Counted from the first letter of the whole stretch, positions 49,148 to 62,306 are shown. The stretch: DNA of 63,537 nt, filler included, from Licmophora abbreviata (GCA_900291995.1; 33 parts of 33 records of this genome joined end to end with filler, not necessarily neighbours in it), one strand, 5' to 3'. The notes: generated by a model not told the origin, from the sequence alone. Translations and numbers: made by a program.

Positions 49148-50967
49148 ACATGCTTCCACCAAGTCAATGGTGGGGGTGTGCGTGTCCCTACAAAGGCGTC
49201 GATCGACCAGGCCTTGGCGGATCCCACGGTGGCTGTGTTCGACGCTCCAGATCCTGCAGACGCTGCCACAGAAGTCGTGCGCGTACGAAATACCGTGCTA
49301 CTTCCGTTTCGGTATGTAAAACTGTTGCTCGCCAGCCCATTGAGCCCTAGGGCGGCGTGGGAGCGAGTGGCAGGGGCCATCACCACTGACGGAAACGAAG
49401 CCGCATGCGCGCCTGTCCTCGATTGGCTACGGGTCGCTTTGGTCCGGGAACCTGGGGCGCCCGTATCGCGTCTAGGGCGTCTATTGCCTACGGTGCCATT
49501 GGTGCTCCCAGCGCTCATGGAACGCCGCTGGGGACTGGTGACACGAGACTTGCCGGCCCTCGGTGCCGGCGCCACCCTAGCGGCGGGGAACGCCATCGCC
49601 GCAGGACTGAACAACTTGGTTGCGGACAACCGCGCCAGTCGACAGGCGGATCAGGCCGCCCGACTAGCAGACAAGGAAAAGACCCCGACCAAGTATTTCG
49701 GAGCTGTCGGGGTTGCCAAGCTGCTGAGGCTGTGTCAGGTAGCGGATGAAGCCGCTTTGCCTGCGGTGTGGCGCGACCTAGCCAGCTCTCCAAAGAAGCA
49801 AGACATTCTGGTCTTGCAACAAGCCTTCAATTCGATGGCACAGGATCAGTTAAGCTTGCCGGGAAGCGATGTCCCTATTACGCCAGACATCGCATCAAAG
49901 CTGCGTAATCTATCATTCGAGATGACGAACGAGGAGGATCTCAGTACCGGAATCCACTGCTTTACGTTCGGCTACCAAAGCGCGGTGGAACGAGCAGCCG
50001 CCTACGAGCTCGTCGAACGCTATCAACTCATGCAACAAGGTCAAGGAGCGCCGAGTCTCGCGGAAGCCGCGGCCTTCAACCATTCGTCGGTAAGCGGTAA
50101 GCTTCCTCAGACACTGACCGAGAGTAGTATCTGTTTCAACAACACCCGTGTGGCTTTGCACGTCTTGTTGTCGAGTGGTCATCCTGTGGTGGTGGCTTAC
50201 GACACTTTCTGGCGTGCCTGGGGATCGAGTCAAGCCCATCTGCTTCATGTGCGACCGCGCAGCCAGGTCTCGTTGCCGGCCCTAGCGGCACGATGGGTAC
50301 AACTCAGGCTTTCCCTCTGGTTCGCCCAGCAGGCGACCACGAACGCCAATGTGGATCCACCGGAGTTCGTGCGCTTGTTGCAGGACATCCGCCTGCAGAC
50401 AGCATGGGAGCCTACGTTGCCCCCTCAGTACTATGAAGCATCGGTACCACCTGTCACGATGCCGGGGGGGTCAGTTAATCCCCCCATAACTGGCGCGGCG
50501 GCGGGAGCTGGCGCAACTGAGTCACGTTCCAGTCCCGAACGAAACCCGAACCTGAATCCCGCGTACGCGACTTACGGTGCACTCCCCGTACGTATTACGG
50601 AAGTGTTAGCTAGGGCCGGAGCGGCCAATCGGCCGCCCCGAGCTACCAGCGGATCGGAGGCTTGCTTGTCCTTCCATGTGAAGGGCATTTGCAACTCCGA
50701 TTGTCGCCGCCGCGCAGATCACCGCACCTATACGGAAGCAGAGGATGCGGCGCTTCTAGAGTGGTGCCAGAGGTGGTACACGGAGGCGCCCGCCAGCTAG
50801 GATGCTGGCGGGGGGGGACTGCGCATTTTTACGCAGTCCTCCCTGACGCCGCCCCCTGTACGCACCACACTTGTATCGACCCCGAACACGAATCAACCAC
50901 GAAACCGAAAACGAAACCACGTATCGATGCAACAGGAAACCCAGGAGGCCGCGGAACATAACCCACT
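49148..50967 (+). mobile_element. YR/DIRS-like retrotransposon copy B: gag (TAG 50798-50800) plus pol start
   Basis: 50410-50967 aligns by eye with 47229-47790, with many synonymous differences. Confidence 0.88.
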
Positions 50968-51253
50968 NNNNNNNNNNNNNNNNNNNNNNNNNNNNNNNNN
51001 NNNNNNNNNNNTTAATTAATTAANNNNNNNNNNNNNNNNNNNNNNNNNNNNNNNNNNNNNNNNNNNNCCTATCTTAGTAGAAAGTGTGCCACAGACTACG
51101 CAACATTCCAATTTGAGATTTATTTGAGAACATTCCAAAATTGAGACACACGCAACGCAGCATGGTGACGAAGAGCACTTCTTCTTAGCCTTGTTGTGGA
51201 TAGATATCTCCTAAAACTTATCGCAACCATTAGTTTGGAAGGCGTTAGCCATC

Positions 51254-52305
51254 ATGTCCAAATCAACCACAGCGCATTCACTGAAGGGAAGGAAACGAAG
51301 CGCGAGCAGTCATAGTCACGGAGATCCTGACGACGACGATCATGACGATGCTGATCCGACTCTGGAAGAGTACAGCGTCATGTCTCGTTCGGAACGAAAG
51401 AAACATCGAGAAAAGAAACGTCGCAAGCAAGTCAATCGAGGCTTTGATGAACTCGTCGCTATCTTGACACAAATTGATCCAACGATCTTTGTCCATAGTA
51501 GTACTTCTACCAATACTACCAACTCTTCTACTCCTCAGAGTGTCATGGAGGAAGAGAATAGGGAGGAAGAGGAGCAATCTAGTACTACTGCAAATGCAAA
51601 GCAGGAGTCCGGTCGTCGTACTAATGAGGATGATGCGAATCATTGTGGAATGAGTCGAGTGGAACTTATAGCGAAGACCGTGCAAGTCTTACGCGGAGTG
51701 CATACAGAAAATCAAAGATTGAAGCGGCAAGTCGAAATGTTGAGGGGTGGCCGTGAAAAAGACAGATCTGCTGCCACTACTACTGCTACCGGCACCACCC
51801 CTTCTAATGCTACTCTTGCTTCTTCTGCCGTGAATATGAAAATGTTGAATGGGCGGGTGAGTAATGGTGGAAGGAGGGGGAATGCGTATCGGTATGTTTC
51901 ACCGTTGCTGACTCGCAAGTACAGTCAGACTCAACGCCCTATCTCTTCTTTTTCTTTTATTCACGCTTCCAGATTCCCTTGCTACTTCCATATTTGACAC
52001 CTTCACCATCCCCAGGTGTCTTGGGCGGCGTCATGCCAGGAGGTGGAACTACCATGAGGAGTAGTAGTAGTGGTAGCAGTAATACTACCACCTCTGACTT
52101 TCTTCCACAACCATCCGCCATGCCATTGACGGCCCCATATTTATATAATGGCAATGGCCCACCATCGTTGGGTATACCGCCGCTGCCTTCCTTTGGTCCC
52201 CCCTCTGCACCGTCGTACGATACTAATATGAGTATGGCACGACAACGACGACGCCTCGCGCCCGAACACACTATCCGTGGTGGTGGCGCGGGGGGAACGA
52301 AGTAA
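51254..52305 (+). CDS. bHLH transcription factor, join(51254..51856,51973..52305)
   Basis: ERKKHREKKRRKQVNRGFDELVAIL ... SRVELIAKTVQVL; GTGAGT..CAG phase-0 intron. Confidence 0.8.
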
Positions 52306-52981
52306 CGGGATGGTTGTACCGCATGTAGTGGAAAGCACACGGCATCGTGCTATAACTACGAACAATGAAATTGGCGCACAGAGTAACTAATGAGCGTGGA
52401 GCAAGTAGAAGAAATATATGGTCATGAAGAAAGACTCAGCAGCACGATGCCATTGTTTGGGAGACCATGTGGCGAGCGTGAATACACCAGGAGGAAACGG
52501 CTTTTATGCTTTTGCAAAGACGGTTTCTACAAGACAAATCCATGCTCTCAAGATTACGAGCGGCTACTTCTTCTCGTCGGTTTGATTCGATTCGATTCGA
52601 TTCGATTCGACTCTAGGAAAAGATGTAGGACCACAAACGGGCCTCCTCTCCTACAACTTGGACGTGCCTCCAGAACGAATGTCCAGGCGGAGACGACATG
52701 TCGGCCGACCAGTCCAGATGTGAAGAGGATATCGCCGTTACGAGGAGAGCTGCAAAGTGCGCCAGGCACTGGCCCATCACCATGGACCCAACGAGCCAGT
52801 AGGTGGGAACCCATGCAGCTATTGAAGAGTAATAATGTCCGGGTACTGCCATGAGAACATGACATAGAATCCAACCGGCAANNNNNNNNNNNNNNNNNNN
52901 NNNNNNNNNNNNNNNNNNNNNNNNNTTAATTAATTAANNNNNNNNNNNNNNNNNNNNNNNNNNNNNNNNNNNNNNNNNNNN

Positions 52982-54797
52982 TGCATAGCGTCACGTGCTT
53001 GTGGTGCTCCAGAATGTGTGACGGCAGTAGACTCGGGATGGTCGTCGGGGCGGGCTTCGGTCGCCCTCTGGTGGTCTTTCCTTTCAACGTAGCCACATCC
53101 GGTCCATATATGATAACAGCTCGCTTCGCGTCCGCGACTGTGATGGGACAGTTGGTGATCATATTCCCGATCAATGCCTTTTCGAAAGTGTCCTGAGATG
53201 GTCGCCCTAGCTTCCGGTACAGTGTCCTGGCTCTGTCCGCTCCTTCAATTTCGGCACGGGTGAAGATTGATTGGTTGGTGGCTACGGATTGGAGAAAACT
53301 GTAGGGGGAAACGGTCAAGTTAGATGTTAAGTCCTGTGTGTCATGATAGTAGAGCCCGCTGGTGTATTCCATGAACGTCATGATGCTCCCGTTTCGGCGG
53401 TGGACATGAAGCGCCGCTTCGACCGCAGTGTCCATAGTAACCCGACACTTCTTCCGGACAGCGGCAAGGGTGAGGATGTTCGCAAGAGACTTTGGATTAT
53501 ACCATACCGGTCCAAGTTTGGGAGATCTCCGATCTCGGTGGAGACTTGGGTACCGCCGTTCGTGAAGACCTTAAGCCGTTGCTCACTGGGACGCACATTA
53601 CGCAGCAACTCGCGGCTGCGAAAAACCGACACGGTCGACTGAGAATCCAGAAGCACCCAAGAACTGGGGATCAGGGTGTTCCCACTCTGAGCGAAAAAAA
53701 ATCCGCCATCCCGGTGCTCTCCGTAGTTCCGCCCTCTCCACTTCCGCCCGGACTCGCGTCACCCCCGCTCATCGCTGCCTGCAGGAGCTGGACGCCACTA
53801 GTCGCTTCACGGTCGGTGGACTCCGCTCCCTCAGTACCGGCTCCCCCGGCACTCGTTCCGCTCCCTGTTCCTGTCGGACACTTGTCCGAATAATGACCCG
53901 TCTTCCCACAAGTGAAACAAGTCACACCGTTTCGCTTGAGGATCCCATCCGTCCCAGCGACGCCGCCTGCCTGTGCGAATGTCATCCCGACGACGTCCCG
54001 CGGACGATGCACTGTGCGCTGGGGGCTTGGTGACTTCCACATGACCAAGTAGTTGTAAGCGGAAGGGAGGTCCCTCGGGTACTGGCCGTTCTCCCGCGAG
54101 TGATGGTTCTCGAGCTCAGTCCACAGGGCCCGGTATCGTCCCGGGTCGGCTCGCTTCAGGAAAGCATTCGCTAACGCCTGGTCTCGCGACGCCTTGCGGA
54201 TCGCGTCCTCATCCGTCGGTGCGCCTGGCTTGTTTGTGATACTGGCTAGAAGGGCCGGATCATGTCCGAACGCGCCGCCGTAGTGCTCGAGTACTTCAAC
54301 CTTGGACTTGAAGTTCTTGAAGTAAGCTGCATTGGTCTCGTGTGGTCCTTGAATGTACAAGAAAAGGGCCGTCTTGGCCTCGTCGATCCGGACGAAAATG
54401 TAGCGCTGACTCTCGAAGTTGCTGGTAATGCCCTTGATCTCCTTGAGAAGCCATGCTAGGTCTTGTTCCCTGCTCCCAGCATCGTACCCACTGGTACCCA
54501 TTAATTTTGACTGCATGGCCTCGCTACACTGTCCCCACACAATCGCGTATAGGGCCTTCATGTTGTTGTCGAGTTGGTCGACCCGCCGGCAATAGGAGGC
54601 AACCGCTTTTTCGAAAATCAGAACCTTTAGCCGGTTGGTTTCCTCTGCCGGTAGGTCCGCTGGCTCGGCGATGGTCGGTTTCTCGAGGTTAACAAAGAAA
54701 CCTGCAATGTCTCCTGGGAAGGACTGCTCCTTGGCCGAATATTCCTTCAACATGTAGGTGGTTCGTTGGAATTGTTGAGGGTCGGTTTGTTCACCGA
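52982..54797 (-). mobile_element. Ty1/copia gag-protease-preintegrase with two frameshifts
   Basis: CFTCGKTGHYSDKC knuckle, LLDSQSTV protease, ARTLYRKLGRPS, IYGPDVATLKGKTTR. Confidence 0.92.
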
Positions 54798-54897
54798 NNN
54801 NNNNNNNNNNNNNNNNNNNNNNNNNNNNNNNNNNNNNNNNNTTAATTAATTAANNNNNNNNNNNNNNNNNNNNNNNNNNNNNNNNNNNNNNNNNNNN

Positions 54898-56703
54898 AGT
54901 AATCGGGTCGACGCCCAACCCAGTGTCTGGATCGCCCTGTTCAGGACAGGAGGAGTTTGTAAACGTTGCGTTTGTGTACCGGATGGGTACGTGGCTCCGC
55001 ATCCTCGGTCCCCACGCACAGAGATTCTGATTGAACTGCGGGCTTCGCGAAAGACGTCTCTCATGTTGGTCACCTTTGACACGTTCCAGGCGCCAAGCGG
55101 CTGATTGAACTCATACGCAGACTGGAACATGTCTCGCAGGCTACGGACCTGTCGGGTGTTCCACTTCTCGATGGGCTGATTGAACTTTCGAGCGCTTCTG
55201 AACATGTTGCGGAAATACCCGCAATTGGAAGTGTCCCAGTCTCCGATTGGCTGATTGAAAGCATTGGCGACCCAGAACATGTTCCTCATGTCATACACTT
55301 TCGAGACGTTCCAGGCGCCGATGGGCTGATTGAATCTGTACGCTTGTTGAAACATTCCAATCATGTCGTAGACGTTGGACACATCCCAGTCCCCAATGGG
55401 ACTGTTGAAGCTTTGTGCTAGAAGGAACATGCCATTCATGTTGGTAACTTTCGATACGTTCCAGACGCCAATGGGTTGATTGAACGACTGAGCCAGGTAG
55501 AACATTTTGTTCATGTTGGTGACTTCGGAGACATCCCATGCTGTGATGTCTTCATTGAACGTAGTTTTCAGCAGAAACAGATAGCTCATGTCTGTCAGAT
55601 TCTTGTTAAAACACCAAGTCTCGATCGGGCCGTACGTGGCCTCGACGATTGGCGACCGATAGTCGTTGATGGCTTCGTCAAGTATTGTGCGGTTGTCAAA
55701 GCAGCGAATCGGTTGAAGCGATGGTACTAGTGATGGTATGCTTGTTGGGAAGAAAGAGGGGTACTGAGAGGGCTGCGTACTAGGTCCAAGAGTGGGTGCC
55801 ATGCTTGCCGTGGGCAACTCACTGAGAGTTCCACTCGGGGATGAGCTAGGGGTAGCCGACGGGGAGTACGAAGGTGCTTTACTCGGCCTTGAGCTAGGCG
55901 CGCCTGACGATGGACTTATCGAATCAGTGGAGGTAGGATGAGTAGATTCCTCGATTGTAGGCGCCAAAGAGGCACGACTCGTCGGTGCATCGCTCAGCGA
56001 TTTGGTGGGCCCGGAGGATGGTACTGACGAGTGCGTGGTTGACGGGCTTTGAGATACCAAAGCTGTAGGCGCCACAGAATCATCTATAGTAGGATGCGGG
56101 CTCGGCATTGTGATAGGACTGAGGGTCGCGTCGGCAACGGGCGTCGCCGAAGGTGGTATTGACGTCGCCGGGGAAGGCGCATCAGTAGGGCTTCCAGCTG
56201 TAGTGGCAACCGAGGACGGTGCAGATGATTGGCTAGCTGGTTGGGTCTTAGATATAGTGGTTGTGGGCGCTGACGAGATAAGGATTGTCGGAGAGGTGCT
56301 TACATCCACGGTGGGACTGGGCCTCGCGTCAACACTCGGGGCAGCACTCGTTGTGGTCGGCCCGCCAGATGGCACATCTGTTGGAATCATTGACGGGAAC
56401 TCAGATCCAGCGTTTACATACGTTGGAGCAGCCGACGGCATTGCATTTCCATTGATTGTGGTACTCGGGGCCAAGGATTGAACGTTGGGAGCAGAAGAGA
56501 CAAGCTTCACTGGAACTGCCGTTGGTGTTCCAAAAGCTTGACTTTGTTCATCATTGATGACAGGAGCGGACGTTGGTGCTTGACTCGTGTTCTGTCCCGG
56601 GCTTATGCTAGGGGATTGACTGAGGCTCGGTGCTGGTGTAATGGCGACAAAATTCGAGCTTGGTTGGGGTTGAAGCGTTGCGGTCATATTGCACATGGAT
56701 GGA
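54898..56703 (-). CDS. Mucin-like Ser/Thr/Pro stalk plus DUF285/BspA-like repeats
   Basis: Repeated FNQPIGxWNVSKVTNMxxMF units; YGPIETW. Confidence 0.88.
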
Positions 56704-56803
56704 NNNNNNNNNNNNNNNNNNNNNNNNNNNNNNNNNNNNNNNNNNNNTTAATTAATTAANNNNNNNNNNNNNNNNNNNNNNNNNNNNNNNNNNNNNNNNN
56801 NNN

Positions 56804-58611
56804 CCGGATCCTGACGTTCCCCGATACTGGACCCGCCGCGGCCCCAAGCACCTCCGCCGATTCCGCCGCCGCTTCCGTCGCAACATCCACTACAAGCCTC
56901 GCGGACCACCGACAACCTCTTCTCGCCAACTAGCGATCCAAGAACGCCGAGCCCAGAACAACAAAGACGCCTACGCCCTCCTGCAACGACTCGGCCGCTT
57001 CGCGCACGAATCTGACGACCTCTTTCGACGCCCCCGGCCTCCAGCCAACGTCGAGCGCCACCCGGTCAGCAGAGGGAGGAACAACCAACAAGAATGCAGC
57101 TGTCACCCTATGCCCATCGACCCCGACCGGTTGATTGTTACGAATGCTCCAAGTCGCCCCAACGTCGCCCACGCTCCGCCACGGCCACCGGCACGACCTC
57201 CGCTTCGCCCCAACAAGTCCAAGCCCCGTCGCCGTCGACGCACCCAGCAGACCGACCGCCGCTCTCTACCCGCCTTTGTTGCCTATCATGCCTCCGCGAC
57301 GATCCGAAACGTCGCCCACGCCATCCGTTCCAGCCTCGTGGCACGACCAGAGACAGCCCACCACCTCGGGCCCCATCGAAACCACATCGTGTGGGACTCT
57401 GGCGCAAGCATCAGCGTCACACACACGGCCTCCGACTTCACCAGTGACATCGACGCAGCTCCAGAGGGAGCCACTCTACAAGGTGTGGGGAAAAGCGTCT
57501 CCGTCACCGGCACCGGCACCGTCACCTGGAAAATTCCCGACACCTCCGGCAACCTACGAGACATTGAAGTACCGGCCCTCCTCGTCCCCGGAGCAACCCA
57601 ACGTCTCCTCAGCACGTCGTCACTCCTCCAACACTACCCCGACGAAACGATCACCCTCGAACACGGTAGATTGTTGTTAAGTGGCTCCTCTGCGAACGAA
57701 AACCAGCCTCTCCGTCACCCAGTTGCCGCACTCATCGATCCAGCCACGAATCTCCCCATCAGCATCTGCTACGACGCCGACGCTGGCTCCAAGATCAATC
57801 GAGCCTTCAACTCGGCTCTCTCCACCGTGTCCAGACGAAACTCCAACCTAAGCCCAGCCGAAAAGGAACTCCTACGATGGCACTACCGTCTCGGGCACCT
57901 CTCCCAGAAGCAGATCCAGTTCCTCATGCGAACTGGAGTCCTCGCCCACACCGAAGCAGCCCGCCGTCTCCAGACCGCAGCAAGCAAGCTAACCGATCGC
58001 CCTCTCTGCGCCGCCTGCCAGTATGGAAAACAGCGCCAACGACCCTCCCCTGGACTCCGCAGCACCGTCGTCAAGGACCGACACGGTGCCCTCCGCGAAA
58101 AGGACCTCTTCCCAGGGCAGAAAGTCTCGGTTGACCACTTCGTCTGCTCCACGCGAGGCCGTCTTCCCCACACCTATGGCAAAGAAGACACCAAGCTCCA
58201 GTTCTCCGGCGGCGCCATCTTCGTCGACCATGCATCCGGCATGATCTTCGTCAAAGAACAAGTGCATCTGAACACGCATGAGACAATCGAAAGCAAGACA
58301 GCATACGAGAAACACTGCCGCGACTTCGGCGTCACACCACAGACTTACCTCTCTGACAACGGATCCGCTTTCACGTCCGCCGAGTTCAACCGACACCTCG
58401 AAACGTTCGCCCAGCACTCTAAATTCGCCGGAGTCGGAGCCCACCATCACAATGGCATCGCAGAACGAGCCATCCAAACCGTCATGTCGATCGCGCGAAC
58501 CCAAATGCTGCACGCCGCGATTCACTGGCCGGACGTCGCTGACGCTCGGCTCTGGCCTCTGGCAGTCCAGCACTCCGTCAACCTCTACAACCACATGCCC
58601 TCCCCAAGCAC
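56804..58611 (+). mobile_element. Ty1/copia protease-integrase region
   Basis: VWDSGAS, WHYRLGH..CAACQYGK, VSVDHF, SDNG, NGIAERAI. Confidence 0.93.
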
Positions 58612-58711
58612 NNNNNNNNNNNNNNNNNNNNNNNNNNNNNNNNNNNNNNNNNNNNTTAATTAATTAANNNNNNNNNNNNNNNNNNNNNNNNNNNNNNNNN
58701 NNNNNNNNNNN

Positions 58712-60514
58712 CCCCGGCGCCCGGGGTTTGTTTAGCCACCTCCAAGCGGCCTTACGCCAGCCCGCGTCTGGTCGCATTCGCGTGTCGCGCCATGTCCACG
58801 CGACACTCGATGACTTTCGTTGGCTGGCTTCCAGCCTCCAGGCCCGTCCTACACGGCTCCAAGAGCTGATAGCATCCGCTCCTGATCTCCATGGCACTAC
58901 CGACGCCAGCGGTGTCGGTCAAGGTGGCATCATACTCTCGCCTCCCAGAACAGTCCGCCGCCGACACCATCATCACCCAGACGCCCCACTCGTCTGGCGC
59001 TCCAAATTTCCTCTAGATGTCGCCTCCCGGCTAGTCTCCTACGCAAATCCATCCGGCACGATCACCAACTCTGATCTGGAACTGACAGCCACCGTTGTCC
59101 ATCATGACATCCTCGCGCGCCACTTTGATGTGCGCGAGCGCACAGTACATACCGGTACTGACAATACACCGGCGTTCTTCTGGCAACGCCGGGGCTCCAT
59201 CTCCACCAACGACCCGGCTGCCTACCTCTTACGACTTCAAGCGCTTCACCAGCGCCACCACCGGTACATCCCTACACACTCCTACCTCCCGGCGTGCTCA
59301 ATTCCATGGCCGATGACGCTTCCCGCCTCTGGCACCTCACTGATACCGACTTGCTCACACATTTTGACTCCTTGTATCCTCAGAGTCAACCGTGGCAGCT
59401 CTGTCACCCGACGTTGTCCATGCTTTCCGCCACGACCTCCGCGCTGCGCAAGCAGCGGCCCGCGCCGGCATCGTTTCTTCACGCGCCGCCGCCGCCGACT
59501 CCCACTGGCGCACCTGGTCCCAGTTTTGCCAGTCCCTCCACCTGGATCCTGCCCTCTCGCAAATTGAAGACCCCATTGCCATCATCCAAGTCTATATGCA
59601 CCGATACCGCGTCGGGCAAATTGCGCCCCGTCACCAGCCTGTCCGAGCTCGAACGGTGGAAGACTCCATCCGTGCCGTGGGCCAAGCCTTTGCGACCCTG
59701 GGGACCCCAGACCCCAGGCTCAACACACACGGCAAGCTGGACTTCCGCCTCCAGCGTCAACTAGCCGGCTACAAGCGACTCGATCCCCCGCCGGATCGCG
59801 TCAAACCAATTCCTCTGCAGATCATCCGGCATGTCCTCCACATTGCCTTCGCCAACGACGATTCTCCTGGCAATCAAGCCATCGCTGACATGATCATTCT
59901 TGCCTTCTTCTTCCTTCTTCGCCCCGGCGAGTATACTGGAACCCCGTCCGACACCACGCCTTTCCGCCTCCAAGACGTTCAACTGTGGATAGGCCAGCAA
60001 CGCTACCAGGCTTCCACCATTCCGATCCTCGACCTCCCAAGGGCTACGTTCGCCACCCTCACATTCACGACACAAAAGAATGGAGTTCGCAACGAAGTCA
60101 TCGGTCTCGGTCGCAGCGGCGAACCCCTGCTGTGCCCTGTCCTCGCCCTCACTCGTCGCGTTGCCCATCTCCGACAGTCCAACGCCTCTCCTGCTACCTC
60201 GCTGGCGACCTACTACAACGCCGGTCGCCGCACCCCCATTGCCCCCAAGGACATCACTGCTGTACTTCGCACCAGCACCGCCCTCGTGGGCCCCACCGTA
60301 GGATTCCTACCTAGCGACGTCAGCGCGCGATCACTCCGCGCAGGCGGCGCTATGGCCCTACTATGCGCCGATGTCGACACGGATCGAATCCGCCTAGTGG
60401 GCCGGTGGCGAAGCGACGAGATGCTTCGCTACCTACACGTACAAGCTGAGCCGCTCATGCGCGACTTCGCCCGTCGCATGCTTCGGGGCGGTTCCTTCAC
60501 CCTACTTCCTAATC
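58712..60514 (+). mobile_element. YR/DIRS-like retrotransposon: RNase H plus overlapping tyrosine recombinase
   Basis: TDASG, NSDLEL, TDNT, NSMADDASR (1-nt deletion near 59290); FFLLRPGEY, QKNG, RSLRAGGA, GRWRSD..LRY. Confidence 0.93.
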
Positions 60515-60614
60515 NNNNNNNNNNNNNNNNNNNNNNNNNNNNNNNNNNNNNNNNNNNNTTAATTAATTAANNNNNNNNNNNNNNNNNNNNNNNNNNNNNN
60601 NNNNNNNNNNNNNN

Positions 60615-62306
60615 TGCACAATCGGCAGTCCATTACAAACTACTTGCCTCTTTCCTTGGTTCCCATCCGTGTCAATACTACGGTATTCCGCTTGGTATTG
60701 AATCTGTTGCTTCCTCTCATTCTCTTTTGGTTGCCACAACTTCACAAGCGGCCATCGCCGAACAACTGCAACCAGCTCGCACCCTATGGCGTACCCTACC
60801 GCTTCGCATCACCTCCGACCATGATATTGTGCGCTTGCTCGGCCTACCAGATGTTCGCTGCCTTGCTCCAGTCCACTCTGACAATACTGCTTTCCCACAG
60901 GCTATACGGTTGGTTTTTATGTCACCCAGGAAACGCTTCGACTCAGCCGCACTCATTCGCTCAGTGAGCTCCTTCCTCGGGACCTTTTGCTTCCGCCGCC
61001 ACCGTCGACCCATTCTGGCGATGTCCCTTCAGTTCCCTCGGAGCGCGAGCCCCGAGCGTCTCTCAAAATACAGCGCTCTGTTCGCTCTGCCAGGTTTGCG
61101 GCTTTCTGCTCAGGCCGTCCTACAACGCCACCGCTTCCGGACGGTGAAACGATTTCTACTGTCTCCACGACATCCGTCTCGGACACGCTTCCGGCTCAAA
61201 AACGCCAGCGCCCTGCTCCCATTCCGGCTGTCAGTCCTGACCGTCCTTCCCTCGATGTCCGTCCTCGTGCTTCTCCTGACATGACCTCACCCACGGCTAC
61301 TTCTGCTGGTGTGTCTGGCGATAGAGCTACCTCTGACTCTCAGCGTCATGACAACGACTTGGCTACCGCCCATTCTACCCGTCCTGCCTCACGGGTCTCT
61401 TCCCCTACACCTGATGACTGGGAACAACGTGCCTCACCCCCTCCCTCCCTTGCTCCCACAGCCTCTCACGTTCCCCGGCATGAGTCACTGAACCGACCGA
61501 CAACTACTGATACCGACATGTGCATACGCGACACTTTCCCACCTGCCTCGATTGACACGCAACCTCCGTCTCCTCCGACCGCTACATCCCGTCCGTTATC
61601 CTCTCTAGCGCGCGCTGTCCTTGCTGAAAGCACTGCTCCGTCGCCCATGGCAGTTGATCTCCCGGACACTGATGACGACGACAACACGGCTCCCACACTA
61701 TCCAATGCGGTTGACCTTTCCAACACCGACGACGACGACCATGGTGCGGATGACATCCTGTCGCCCTCGCCTGATGCGTCGGCTGACCTTCTCTCTGACA
61801 GCGATGCACCGTACACCTACCACTCACCGACCGACGACCCGGATTCTGTCCCGGCCAGCCAATTTACCCAGGAGTCAACCATTGAGCAGCCTTCCCCAGA
61901 ACACCGCCTTCCTATCTCGCTCCGGGGCGGCCACATCCTTGCCCGCGATCGCGCCATCCTTGGCCGACTTCAGGCCCGCATGGAGGCCTCTCCCACACAT
62001 CTTGTATGGTTTCGAACGCTTGCGCATACCGGCACGCACCCCAGAACCACTGAGCTTTTCCCTCTTCCGCATCTACAACATGTGGTAGATGCATTGTATC
62101 CGACTTCCTCTTCCGCTCCTCTGCCTGACCTTGGTGAGACCTCTCAGCTTTTACTGCAATTGGCCCAAAACCCCTCGGTTGCTCCTCAGTTCACGCTTGC
62201 TGATGTCGCCCAGTTCATGGGTGATGTTGCGCGCGTTGCCTCGTCTAATTCCCAGCTACCACCGTCGGCTCTGACAGCCGCTTCAGTGGCAGCGAATATC
62301 GAATGA
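60615..62306 (+). CDS. Low-complexity ORF(s), possibly a retroelement ORF1; frameshifted
   Basis: Overlapping ORFs 60727..61284 and 60987..62306; C/T-rich strand; no recognised domain. Confidence 0.3.

Noticed and set aside
47229..50967. Direct repeats 47229-47790 and 50410-50967 as LTRs
   Set aside because: They are coding gag/pol junctions of two diverged copies on separate contigs.
53690..53705. Programmed -1 frameshift at U UUU UUU between copia gag and protease
   Set aside because: Single copy, copia elements usually have one ORF, and a second 1-nt homopolymer loss lies about 190 bp away; error or decay is more likely.
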